64,000 bases of DNA from Octopus sinensis (GCF_006345805.1 NC_043000.1:137640001-137704000); one strand, 5' to 3'. Shown: positions 1-12,710, numbered from the stretch's first letter. Notes: generated by a model not told the origin, from the letters alone. Translations and numbers: made by a program.

Positions 1-55
1 GATATTATCAAGTGGCCAGCATGGGAAAATTACCATACAAAGGTAATAATTTTTT

Positions 56-285
56 TACAACTAAAAATAAGGGTGTCTGAGAGACACCACCATGCCGAAA
101 TAGCAGTCAAAACCCTGACTCTAAGAACCACGTTAAATGTTCATATCGCACCATGAGATAAGACAGAAGGACAAAATAGACTAGCAAAAAATATTACTGA
201 ACATTTAACGTGGTTCTTAGAGTCAGGGTTTTGACTGCTATTTCGGCATGGTGGTGTCTCTCAGACACCCTTATTTTTAGTTGTA
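56..285. repeat. Perfect 88-bp inverted repeat (56-143 / 198-285) with 54-bp spacer
   Basis: The left arm tacaactaaaaataagggtgtc...cacgttaaatgttca is the exact reverse complement of the right arm tgaacatttaacgtgg...ttatttttagttgta. Confidence 0.95.
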
Positions 286-662
286 CATACATATATATAT
301 ATGAATATGCACATCCGCAAATATGCATATGCTTGTGTGTCGTTAATATAAATCGGTTAAAAAAGGTCCTTACTCGCTGCGTCCCACGCATCACTATATC
401 TTTCGTCTGCTTCATTACGCTTATGATCGAATTTCCTCCATTGGCTGCATCAGCCCAGGGAATAATTAGGATAATTAGTTTACTGCTCTGCTGTTCCGAA
501 TGCCATCTGCTGGACCAGCCAGCTATTTTAGTCAAGTATGATCAGACAACCGTTCATGAATACGCTAATATTCTGCTAATCTGGGACGATGAATATTCTT
601 CTTAGTTTTCATACGAACATATTTCTAGTCTATATAACAGATGATATATATATATATATAAT

Positions 663-717
<55 letters not shown>

Positions 718-759
718 CTGTGTGTGTATATATATATATAATATATATATATATATATA

Positions 760-933
760 CTTTATTTAAAGCAGCAGAAAATTCTACAAAACCTGTTACT
801 CTGAGTTTCGCGAAACTCAGAGTAACAGGTTTTGTAGAATTTTCTGCTGCTTTAAATAAAGCATATTACTCTACCACTAGTATTTGAGTACTCTTTTTTC
901 CCACCTTGTTTCACATTTATGTGTTTACTCCGG
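760..933 (+). mobile_element. Spacerless 102-bp palindrome (760-861) forming the folded-back end of a short repeat set in (TA)n
   Basis: Arms are perfectly complementary around ...gagtttcg|cgaaactc.... Unique sequence continues to 933, and (TA)n flanks both sides. Confidence 0.8.
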
Positions 934-951
934 TATATATATAAATATATG

Positions 952-1041
<90 letters not shown>

Positions 1042-1277
1042 ATATATGTATGTATGTATACACATATATATATATATGTATATATATATATAAATTTTGA
1101 TTTTAAGTATAGTTATACAACTTTACGTTAATGTGATGGGTTACTCTATACATATTTAGAGTACAAATGCATTACTTCTGGACAAGAATGCTGTTGACAG
1201 TGACTTAGAAGTGTGTATGAAATGCATACATACATACATACATACATACACACATACATATACATATATGTATATAT

Positions 1278-1429
1278 AGCTTGCTTACGAACCACATGAT
1301 TCCGGATTCAGTCCCACTGCGTGGCACCGCGAGCAAGTGTCTTTTACTTATACCCTCGGGCTGACCAAAGCCTTGTGAGTGGATTTGGTAGACGAAAACT
1401 GAAAGAAGCCCGTCCTATATATGTATGTA

Positions 1430-1482
<53 letters not shown>

Positions 1483-1708
1483 ATGTGTGTGTGTGCGTGT
1501 GTATATGTTTGTGTGTCTGTGTTTGCCCCCCCAACATCGTCTGACAACCGATGCTGGTTTGCTTACGTCCTCGCAACTTAGCGGTTCGGCAAAAGAGACC
1601 CATAGAATAAGTACTAGGCTTACAAAGAATAAGTCCTGGGGTCGATTTGCTCAACTAAAGGTGGTGCTCCAGCATGGCCACAATCAAATGACTGAAACAA
1701 GTAAAAGA

Positions 1709-1710
<2 letters not shown>
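1278..1710 (+). mobile_element. tRNA-derived SINE, family B (internal microsatellite type), 5'-trimmed
   Basis: B-box-like ggattcagtccc, internal (TA/TG)n tract and 3' tail ...gactgaaacaagtaaaagagt. Homologous to copies at 5260, 56339, 58833, 62751 and 63585. Confidence 0.85.
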
Positions 1711-1774
<64 letters not shown>

Positions 1775-1779
<5 letters not shown>

Positions 1780-2000
1780 ATCCAAACAAGAAAGCACAAA
1801 AAACACAACAACACGAGGACGTGGAACAAATATAGTATTATTGGACGCTTAGGAAAGAAGAAAAGAAGGAGGGTTTAACGTTTCGAGCGGAGCTCTTCGT
1901 CGGAAACATAGGAGAAGGAAAGATCCAGAGAAGGGAAGACAGAGGGAAAAAAATCGCCAACGGTACACACGAGGTCACATTTTGAAAGACCGGAAGGAAA
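1775..2000 (-). mobile_element. Short non-coding repeat with variant hammerhead-like motif (1873-1907)
   Basis: Homologous to 38840-39047 in the opposite orientation and bounded by (TA)n. The minus strand reads GTTT-CCGACGA-A-GAGC-TCC-GCTC-GAAA-CG-TT-AAAC. Confidence 0.7.
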
Positions 2001-3214
2001 ATATATATATATTAGAGGGAAACCACTATGTGGACACCCTTATGCTAGAAATAGATCCGCTATGGTCTTACCACGAAGAAATGTTCTCAAGACAAATTTA
2101 GCAAATCAACCAAAACGTATATATATATATGTATTTATAAAAGTAAAATGTAGAAACATAAAAATGTTCTGCAAAATATGGCTTCTTAATATCTCTGTCC
2201 ACGTGTAAAAAGCGGGAGGGGCATCAGAGGCGATAAAGAATAAACAGAAGCAAAATGTAACTAATTTTGTAGAGCTACCACAGATTTATTTAGCCAACAG
2301 TAACCAAAACAATAAAAATTGGCATAATTGTGCTTTAGATTTCGGATAGGTCAATGAACTAAAGTTCTTCTAGGATTGACCATGGCGTTTAAGATTTTTT
2401 TTCAGAAATGATATATTTAGGCCTGTACTATACAGTGTGCCCATCCCTGTTATAAAACGGTAGAAAATTATATGAGGTATATTTGTCTAAAGTTTGGTGC
2501 GTTTTAAGCAACCACATAGAGCGCCATTCCGTTGGTTCTTGGCTTCCACATGATGTAAACACTCTCTATCGATATTGATACAAGAAAAAAAAAAACAAAC
2601 AGGTCAGATCGATCACGATTTGTAATGTATTTCGCTAACTTTTTATTTGATATCAAACAATCGCTTTACGACATGAAAGCTGAAACTGCGCATGTTTTTG
2701 TCTTCATATTGATCACAAAATAAAAGATCCTTTCTATAAAGATGTAACTTATATCAAGGTTACACTGTAGAAATTTCCATGTAACCTTGATTACACTTGC
2801 TAAACATGAAAAAGAGAATTATTAGTTGCATGATGTTTTTAAACATTTATATATTTCTCTGACTTTATATCTGATATATTCTTAATTAAGTACAGATTTC
2901 ATGTCTGCTGTTATGAATCTTGTTTATACATGTGAGTGTCTCTAATTAGCTATTAATTATGCAACAAGAAACCTAATAACAGACTTGCCAGCTGGAGTTC
3001 TGTTTTTCTTTTGTTTCCGCATCGCCTGAACGTTCCCATATGACCAAGAACAACATAAAACTGACGTAACAAGAACAGATCGATATTAAATACATTAGCA
3101 ATAAGTAAAATTATAGTGAAAGCTGACTACTTCTACGATAAACAGGTTTATAAATTTTTTTTTCATTCCACGTATATATATGTACGATAAACAGAGTCAA
3201 TTATTTCACCTTTC

Positions 3215-3450
3215 CTGGTTAATAGAATTCACGAGCCAACGAGAGGAAAGTCAATGTGGTCATTTAATCAGCTAGAATTAAAGACTAAATCTCCCTCAAA
3301 TGACAACCTGCCTGTTTAAAAATAAAAGGAGAAACACGTGAAGATAATGTAATGCTAAATAAATTACGTCTGAAAGAGATACTAGAAAATCATGGCTGCA
3401 GTGTATTTGATCATAGGTCTGCTCTATCAGAGCTGATCAGGAGTAACCCC
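3215..3450 (+). repeat. Old dispersed repeat (SINE-like remnant)
   Basis: The segment tagaattaaagactaaatctccctcaaat... resembles ttagaatttgcagtcaaatcccacttaaatt... near 20065. Heavily diverged. Confidence 0.35.
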
Positions 3451-5021
3451 GCCACCACTGATATCAATATCAATAACAATAGTAATAACTAAAACACCAA
3501 CTGCAGCAACTTGAACTTCTACTAATAGGTGCATTAGGACTGACAATAAAAGGGAAACATAGCGTTGACGCATTTATTTCGTGTAGGTTCTTAAAGGGGA
3601 ATAAGCAAAACTACTATAACTAACTGAGATATGTTTATAAACTTAACTGCTTGAAGCTTGAAGCTTTCTACAAAAGATGCTAACTGCTAGCAATATGAGT
3701 ATACGTAGAATATATTTCACTCTCACTACACGTTATCTGAAAGGTTTCTGTGTGGTCTTTTCTGGCCTTGAGAAACCGTTGAAATCCTGAATAATTCCAA
3801 GTTGACGGTTGAATAGAGAGAGAGAATTCCAGTGGGTTGTTACATAAGGAAGGAGAATCAGTAAACTAGTTATTTCTAGAGCAGAGGGTGTGGAGTGAGT
3901 TTGTGAGATAAAAAAAGATGAGACTATTGGGTTTCAGTAAGAGGTGCACTCAGCCATCCATAAGAAGCATATTCGATTATGTGAATGGCAGAAATCACAT
4001 TGGGAGACAGATATTCCAAATAACATATATAATTCACAATTGATCCAGACGCGACACATATACCGATAAATGTTATCATCTCAAACACACAAAAAAATAT
4101 AGATTCACCTGGAGTCATCCACTAGAATACACTTATCTGTAATTGCGATGAAAACAAAACAACCATTGGGTATCTGGAGTCTCGTTCAGGATTTCTATCA
4201 CTTGACAAAATTTTTTCTAAGGATATTGTAGAATCCTTCTGTCGGCCATTACTGAACCCTGAATATTGTAATAAATCTGCTGACAAAATCACCACATTTG
4301 TTGTCTTTTGTTCTTCCAAGTTTTCACTGTACAAACAATATATATCAGCCTACTCTCAACTTCTTACATACATTAGTTACATAGTGAAATGTTCTTAGGT
4401 GTTATGTACAGAAGCTTCTTCCGATAAAATCAACCAGGATAAGGACGAATCTTAATTATGTAATATCCACTGTATTCGAGATTCTATCCTTAGTAATACT
4501 TCTCATTCGGTTTTGACGCCTTACGTAACAAGTACAAACAATAAGAACATATATGAATGTCAATCTCAAGCAACAAAATTTTTCTACACCTTCCCACACT
4601 TTTCCTATATTTCTAACATCTCAAAATCGATGAAAACAGTTTGGCATATATAAAAAACATTTTATCATCTTGAATCATTTCATCCTCTTGCTGAGAGAAA
4701 GAACATATTTTGTTGTTTAAAATATAGAACGGTTTATTTTCCCACACTACGACAATTGCTCTCTCCTTCGAGAACGTCACCGAAAGCAATACGTTCCTTG
4801 CTATATGAAAATTCGTCTACCCTGGAAACATATCACCTACGATAGCTCTTCGAGATCGAAATGCTCCCTGCTTAGGTAAAACAGTTGCTGCATACGTTAA
4901 TGATATCCATATTCTATCAAATCTTTTTGGTTGATTATCACACTGTGTAAGCCAGCTACTATAATAATTATTTATATACTATAGGCGCAAAGCCTGAAAT
5001 TGTGAGGGAGTGGGGCTAGTC

Positions 5022-5167
5022 GATTACATTCACTCAAGCACTAAAATGGCACTTTTTTCATCGACTGCGATTGAATGAAAGGCGAATTTCAACTCAGACC
5101 GTCAAGACGGATGAAATTCCGCTAAGCATTTTATCTGTCGTACTATCTGTTCTGCCAGCGTTCCGCC
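5022..5167 (-). mobile_element. Degraded tRNA-derived SINE, family A
   Basis: Ends in gttctgccagcgttccgcc, the reverse complement of the family A head ggcggcgagctggcagaa. Confidence 0.6.
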
Positions 5168-5230
5168 ATAATTTATACAAAAGGAAAAAGTAATATAATA
5201 TAATAAATGTATGTATATATACACACACCT

Positions 5231-5259
<29 letters not shown>

Positions 5260-5261
<2 letters not shown>

Positions 5262-5460
5262 CTCTTTTACTTGTTTCAGTCATTTGACTGCGGCCATGCT
5301 GGAGCACCACCTTTAGTCGAAGAAATCGATCCCAAGACTTATTCTTTGTAAGCCTAGTACTTATTCTATCGGTCTCTTTTGCCGAACCACTAAGTGAAGA
5401 GGAGGTAAATACACTAGCATCGGTTGTCAAGCGATGTTGGGGGACAAACATAGACACACA
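5260..5460 (-). mobile_element. SINE family B, 3' half
   Basis: tactcttttacttgtttcagtcatttgactgcggccatgctggagcacc...gggacaaaca matches the other family B copies. Confidence 0.85.
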
Positions 5461-5464
5461 CATA

Positions 5465-5520
<56 letters not shown>

Positions 5521-7307
5521 GTGTATGTGTGTGTGTGTGTTTATACATATATATGTTTGTATGTATCTAGAGTTCAGATATAAAACTCATTAACCTATCT
5601 ATAATTTATAGCTACGACACAGACTCCTGTGTACATGATACAGGCTTTTTCTATCTGCTAATCAACTATACGCATAGCTGCAAGTACATCACGCACGTCG
5701 GATCTACACTGCATTCCTAAAGAGAGATCTCAAAAGCTAATGTCATTATGACAAATTGCTTTTCTTCAAAAGCATCATGATAATATACATAGAAATATTA
5801 TCCTAATAAACTAATTTCCAATGTCTAGCACATATTCTGTGAGAATGTTTCATACTGACCAAGCATACGTAGCATTACATGAATTCACCGCCATTTGATC
5901 ACTACAAAGTACAAGTGCGTATCCCCTTTTAAATACACCTCAGGAAATGTTGGACGTTGTTGCTCTCACAAATACACAGACACGCCTGTGAGAACGTCGC
6001 ATGGCACTCCAGCAGCTACGCATGTGGGTCTGCCAATGGACATGGCAGTGGGTACACTTGAGTGGGCACGCTTAAAACTCAACCATCCGATTATAAATGC
6101 AAAGATCCTTTCTAGCGCCTTATTCAAAATTTTAGTACATTTTCAGAATTATACTTGTTTGGCAAAAGATTTAAAGACACCGCATGTAGAAAACGGAACG
6201 ATACTCCAAAGACACACGGGAGTCACTTAAAACAACAATATCATTACTTTTATTACATATATTTTTTTGTTATAGTAATATATAGCATATAGTATTATTG
6301 AGTATAACAATTTCGAGATCGTAATATATACTATAAAGTGTAAAATAATTGTTCGTATATCTAGGACTGCGTTACTGAATCATATCCCCTGCATCGAAGC
6401 GAAGTTAGATGTTACCAAGATTGTATAATTTCATGTAGACGAAATACAAACAAGCATGCTCACATATAAATTTCCAATAATAATATCCATCAAAGATCAA
6501 CCTACCAAAGCTCTAACCGAACAACCATCTTCTTCCCCAAGACAGCTACCCATGATCATAAGGAAATAATGGCTACATATATAAAATTGCGATATAAAAC
6601 TCATTAACCGCTTCTATAATCAAAAGGAAATGAAATTAAGATATTGGAATGTAGTCTTTTCTTCGAATCAGATAAACAGAACAGATAAAGGGACAGACAA
6701 ACAATTTTTCTTCACGGTTTATACGAAACGGCCAACAGCTAACTTCCAGTAGACACAAAAGAAGTGTATCAGTGATTAGGTCATAGGTGTACGACGAAGC
6801 CTTTTGATAATTTATAGTATAAATAATATAACTACAGTCAATGTAACGGAATAAGCGTATTTTATATGACTATCATCAATGTTCCACGGCGTAATTCTTA
6901 TTCTTTCACTGATTTTAGTTATTGACCTCGGCCATGCTGGGACACCGACTTCAAGAGGTTTAATCGATCATATCGCCTTTACTACATATTTCGGTCTGAT
7001 ACTCATTGTAATGATCTCTATTTATCAAAAAGTAAAGTTATCGCTTTTTTTATACATAATGGACGGTAAAATATACCGGTTTATTCAAACACGAACAGAC
7101 ACTGCTGCTGCATTCATATACATGCACATACATACATACGTACATATATACTTACAGACAGACAGACAGTCAGGCACACGCAGGCACACGCAGGCACACG
7201 CAGGCACACGCATATACATTGAAAACTATCTATCTATGTATGTATCTATCTATCAGTCTATTCATCCGTCAATCAATTTATCACTATGTATGTATGTATG
7301 TATGTAT

Positions 7308-7338
<31 letters not shown>

Positions 7339-8129
7339 CATATCTATCAATCTACGCACACAAACACACATATATAAGTATATATATATATATATATATA
7401 TAAATGTGTGTATGTATATATATACATATATAAATGTGTGTGTATGTATGTATATATATATATACATATATAAATGTGTGTGTATGTATGTGTATATATA
7501 TATATGCATATATAAACACACACACCCATATATTTAAAAGTTGAAAAAATATCACACATCTTTGCTGGTTCGGAAACTTGTGAAAACTGGAACATGAAAT
7601 ATGTTATATATCTTATAATACTATAGAAATATAAGAATATCATAGCAGCGCGACAGAAAATTGTTGATAAAGACGTGCTGTCATTTGAACCGGGAGAAAA
7701 TTGAGGGGTCTGAATGTATTTAGAAAAACATATAAACTATTGACAATTGTGAGAGTGGTACATACCAATTTTTTTTTTTTGTATTCGCTTAAAGATCGGC
7801 AAGAAGTCATTGGGAATAATGATTTCTGAAGCTTCAGCTGCCAGTAGATTGTCACATTCCTTTCAATATTGCATATACAATTTGCTTTCTTTTCTTCACA
7901 CGTATTTATCTAAATGTGACTTCTCCCATACTTCTACTCCTCCTCTCTCTCTCTAGATATATATGTGTGTGTGTGTGTGTGTGTATGTATGTTTATATAT
8001 GTATATGTATACATGTGTGTGTGTGTGTACGTATATATGTAACTTTATAGATACGCACATGCATAGACAGACAGACAGAGAAAGAAAATTGGTAGTCGAC
8101 AGGCGTCCTCAAATTTCTTGCAAAATACC

Positions 8130-8728
8130 TATGTCTTTACTACCCACAAGGGGCTAAACATAGAGGGGACAAACAAGGACAAACAAACGGATTAAGTCGA
8201 TTACATCGACCCCAGTGCGTAGGTGGTACTTAATTTATCGACCCCGAAAGGATGAAAGGCAAAGTCGACCTCGGCGTAATTTGAACTCAGAATGTAACGG
8301 CTAACGAAATACCTATTTCTTTACTACCCACAAGGGGCTAAACATAGAGGGGACAAACAAGGACAGACAAACGGATTAAGTTGATTAAATCGACCCCAGT
8401 GCGTAGGTGGTACTTAATTTATCGACCCCGAAGGGATGAAAGGCAAAGTCGACCTCGGCGTAATTTGAACTCAGAATGTAACGGCTAACGATATACCTAT
8501 TTCTTTACTACCCACAAGGGGCTAAACATAGAGGGGACAAACAAGGACAGACATAGGTATTAAGTCGATTACATCGACCTCAGTGCGTAGGTGGTACTTA
8601 ATTTATCGACCCCGAAAGGATGAAAGGCAAAGTCGACCTCGGCGGAATTTGAACTCAGAACGTAACGGCAGACGAAATACGGCTAGGCATTTCGCCCGGC
8701 GTGCTAACGTGTCTGCCAGCTCGCCGCC
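8130..8728 (-). mobile_element. SINE family A trimer (one full copy plus two 184-bp head-less units) inside a single 16-bp TSD
   Basis: Units start near 8125, 8309 and 8493. TSD tttcttgcaaaatacc at 8114-8129 and 8729-8744. Box A/B-like head at the 8728 end. Confidence 0.92.
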
Positions 8729-9121
8729 TTTCTTGCAAAATACCGTTCACGAAATATTATAATTGTTTCATTGCAACGAGCGAAGGAAAATAAGATGCAA
8801 GCAAGACAGTTGTTTGTACTAAATCTTAAAGCAACAAGTAATATTTGAAAACTATCACAGAATTTTTAAATTTGACCTTAATTGTAAGAATCTTTTTAAA
8901 AATCTCAATGCTTATACCCATTTTTATCTGGTTTATACATTTTCCTAATATGTAGTATGCAAACCTTAGTATTGATAATCCATCATTCAATATGTAATTA
9001 TGTAAGACCCTTTATTTTATATACTACTCCAGGAAGCTTATACACTATTTGGGGTATTAATTCAGTATTATAAAAACTTGCGTTTTTTTCTTGCATGTAA
9101 CTTCGTGGGCGTATACATATT

Positions 9122-9354
9122 TAATTCTTTATTGCCCACAAGGGGCTAAACATAGAGGGGACAAACAATGTCAGTCAAGGGGACTAAGTCAATTATATCG
9201 ACCCCAGAGCGTAACTGGTACTTATTTAATCGACCCCGAAAGGATGAAAGGCAAAGTCGACCTCGGCGGAATTTGAACTCAGAACGTAACTGCAGACCAA
9301 ATACGGCTACGCATTTCGCCTGGCGTGCTAACGATTCTGCCAGCTCGTCGCCTT
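9122..9354 (-). mobile_element. SINE family A, full length
   Basis: 16-bp TSD tgggcgtatacatatt at 9106-9121 and 9355-9370. Confidence 0.92.
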
Positions 9355-10340
9355 TGGGCGTATACATATTGCTAAACTAGCAACCATGGTTTGTAAGGAT
9401 CTGCCGTTAATCAGCCTTTTATTTTAGTTGAAATATATTTCAAATACAGCACGGATTTTTGTCAGTGAACAGGTCGCGGTCTTTTAGCGACGAAAATATT
9501 TTGACAAATTAAACTTAAATGTTGATTTGAATCGAACGGCTTTTGTGTGTTTCTTAATGGCTTACAACCACCTTCCACGCTGCAATTGTTTTCGTTCCTG
9601 TACACGATCTCAGATCAAGTCACTTGCTATGCAAGTACATCTCCGTAATATATTTCACGTTCTACTTCTAATGATGAATGTAGTCTTGAAGAAAAATAGT
9701 TTCTACAAATCCTGCGTTGAAAGTTGTTATGGTAACATACGTAGACGACTTTTTAAAATCACCTTGACCTCTTTTCACAAGTCTTATAATTTATTGGGTA
9801 CGCCTGAGGAATTGATTTAAAGTCTACTTAGTGGCATACCCGACCACCAGTAGCATTTTCCTTTCATTATTCTGCCCTTATCTCCTCCTCCTCTCCCGGT
9901 TCACTTCTTCTGTTACTGTTCACTCCCCCCGATTACTGACATCCCTTCCCTCTCTTCACCTGTATGTCTTCTTGCACTTCCTCTAATTCTCTACTCCTCC
10001 TCCTTCTCCTCCATATTCCGCTTACATCCTTCCTTAACTTGACTTTTACACTTTTCTTCCCCTTCTCCCCTTCCACCTTTCAATCTCTCGCACAAATATG
10101 TGGCATGCTATCGCCTTGTTTTTCTCTAATATCTCTATGCTACAATTTACTGGGTGCATATCCATGACTTTTTGCACGTTCTATCAGCCAACTGTGAACA
10201 TTACGGTTATTACGTAATTCCCAACTTCCAGAAGTCGAGGAACAGCTTTCTCTCCTTAGTATTCCGCATTTTTATGATCTACGTATATATATGGCTGACG
10301 GTTAGTAAGGAGAGACACAAATAAGTGAGAAGAAAACAAA

Positions 10341-10385
10341 GGACCACTGATGCGGTCACAGGAGTGTGACGAAAGAACTCTGGCC
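10341..10385 (+). ncRNA. Degenerate type I hammerhead ribozyme relic
   Basis: ggacca-CTGATGC-g-gtcaca-ggag-tgtgac-GAAA-gaac-TC-tggcc. Stem II is intact at 6 bp; core A9 is changed to C; stems I and III are imperfect. Confidence 0.45.
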
Positions 10386-10695
10386 GAAATAAGATTAAGA
10401 TTAATGTAAAAAATAAATAACACTGAAGCAAAGTAACACCAAATATATAGTGCGTGTGTTTTTATTGGCTAAACTGGCAAAATGACCATTCCGAAATATA
10501 ACAATACATATATATATATATATATATAACGTGACGTATTTTTGCCATTTCAATATGGCAAACGCCTAAGGGTGGATGCTACTGTAGTTTTTAGCCCCAG
10601 GAGGACACACTCCTCCAGCTGGCCATAGACACACTTTCTGTGTCCTGTCAGTATTTGCAAAGGGAAGTCATCCTTCCCGTCTTCAACTTATGATA

Positions 10696-10740
10696 CACAC
10701 GGACTCGAGTTTCGAGGTATTGAATTCTCGTCAGCGTGTG
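10696..10740 (-). ncRNA. Type I hammerhead ribozyme, unit 1 (stem II weakened)
   Basis: Minus strand: cacacg-CUGACGA-gaauu-caau-accuc-GAAA-cucgag-UC-cgugug. The core is intact; stem II has two mismatches. Confidence 0.8.
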
Positions 10741-11048
10741 ACAATCATAGTTGTCGCCGAGAATTAGATTTCCTTCACAAATATTTATACTTTTTCCAGC
10801 GTCCACTGTCGCTGATATTGAAAAAGTGAAATCCAACAATGATAAATATCAATGTGAGTTATATACAGTAGCGGTAACACAACGTGACGTATTTTTGCCA
10901 TTTCAATATGGCAAACCCCTAAGGGTGGATGCTACTGTAGTTTTTAGCCCCAGGAGGACACACTCCTCCAGCTGGCCATAGACACACTTTCTGTGTCCTG
11001 TCAGTATTTGCAAAGGGAAGTCATCCTTCCCGTCTTCAACTTATGATA

Positions 11049-11093
11049 CACACGGACTCGAGTTTCGAGGTATTGACCTCTCGTCAGCGTGTG
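11049..11093 (-). ncRNA. Type I hammerhead ribozyme, unit 2 (canonical)
   Basis: Minus strand: cacacg-CUGACGA-gaggu-caau-accuc-GAAA-cucgag-UC-cgugug. Complete core, 6-bp stem I (extendable), 5-bp stem II, palindromic stem III and GUC cleavage triplet. Confidence 0.9.
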
Positions 11094-11336
11094 ACAATCA
11101 TAGTTGTCGCCGAGAATTAGATTTCCTTCACAAATACTTATACTTTTTCCAGCGTCCACTGTCGCTGATATTGAAAAAGTGAAATCCAACAATGATAAAT
11201 ATCAATGTGAGTTATATACAGTAGCGGTAACACAACGTACAGTAGCATCCACCCTTAGGGGTTTGCCATATTGAAATGGCAAAAATACGTCACGTTGTGT
11301 TACCGCTACTGTATATAACTCACATTGATATTTATC

Positions 11337-11952
<616 letters not shown>

Positions 11953-11965
11953 TATGTGTATGTAG

Positions 11966-12012
<47 letters not shown>

Positions 12013-12029
12013 TTATTTATTTATATATA

Positions 12030-12225
12030 GGGAGAATTCACGAACAAACATCAAAAGACGAAGACAGGTGGTATATAAAACAAACAGATGTATTAGTATA
12101 ACGCTCAGGAATAGAAAAAGTCTTTTACGTTTCGAGCCTACGCTCTTTTACAGAAAGGGAAACAGAAAAAAAACAAGAAGAGATCAAAATGTGTGTACTG
12201 GCTACCTATCTATCATGGCGACTGA
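12030..12225 (-). mobile_element. Short dispersed repeat with degenerate hammerhead-like motif (12122-12157)
   Basis: Homologous to 35660-35880. Minus strand reads cttt-CTGTAAA-A-GAGC-GTAG-GCTC-GAAA-CG-TA-AAAG. Adjacent to (TA)n. Confidence 0.65.
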
Positions 12226-12368
12226 TATATATATATATATGAAGGTAAGTTTAGAGGGATGGATTATGCGGGTGGAGGTTAAGACTAACCGTAGTGATTA
12301 GTATTTAACATCTATGACTACTAGTAGTTGTCACCCATGCTGTCAATTCCTCCGATGTGTAATTCCGT

Positions 12369-12588
12369 ATTCGCCTCACTTGATGGCAATATTATCTGGA
12401 GTGCATATTAGCAATAATTATAACGATAGAGAATATGGTGACTGTGACATCCTAAAAATTGATTTGGATTTTACAATGTTCTACAGAATATTTTTATGTT
12501 AAAAATGTGCTGTATTTTATTGTAATATACAAGGGAATACATTTTGAGGGTATACCAGTCTCCATATTCTCTATCACCTTAATTATTG

Positions 12589-12630
<42 letters not shown>

Positions 12631-12710
12631 AGCATACACACTTGACATCTTCCTGACGTCTCTTTTGTTTCTTTCGAATTTCTCCTAATACTTATAAATT
12701 TAAAAAAAAA
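12369..12710. repeat. Copy 1 of a ~340-380-bp local direct duplication (copy 2 at 14362-14740)
   Basis: Shared start tattcgcctcacttgatggcaatattatctgg and shared end gaatttctcctaatacttataaatttaaaaaa. The copies differ by scattered substitutions and CA-tract length. Confidence 0.9.
12425..12575. mobile_element. MITE-like insert with ~20-bp terminal inverted repeats
   Basis: gatagagaatatggtgactg (12425-12444) versus cagtctccatattctctatc (12556-12575), one mismatch. The same insert is at 14419-14573. Confidence 0.55.

Noticed and set aside
380-620. GC-richer segment with overlapping ORFs and a CTGATGC motif
   Set aside because: No recognisable protein, stops in the other frames, and the hammerhead stems fail to pair.
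9500-9850. Possible LINE endonuclease remnant
   Set aside because: No diagnostic motif could be recovered in any frame.
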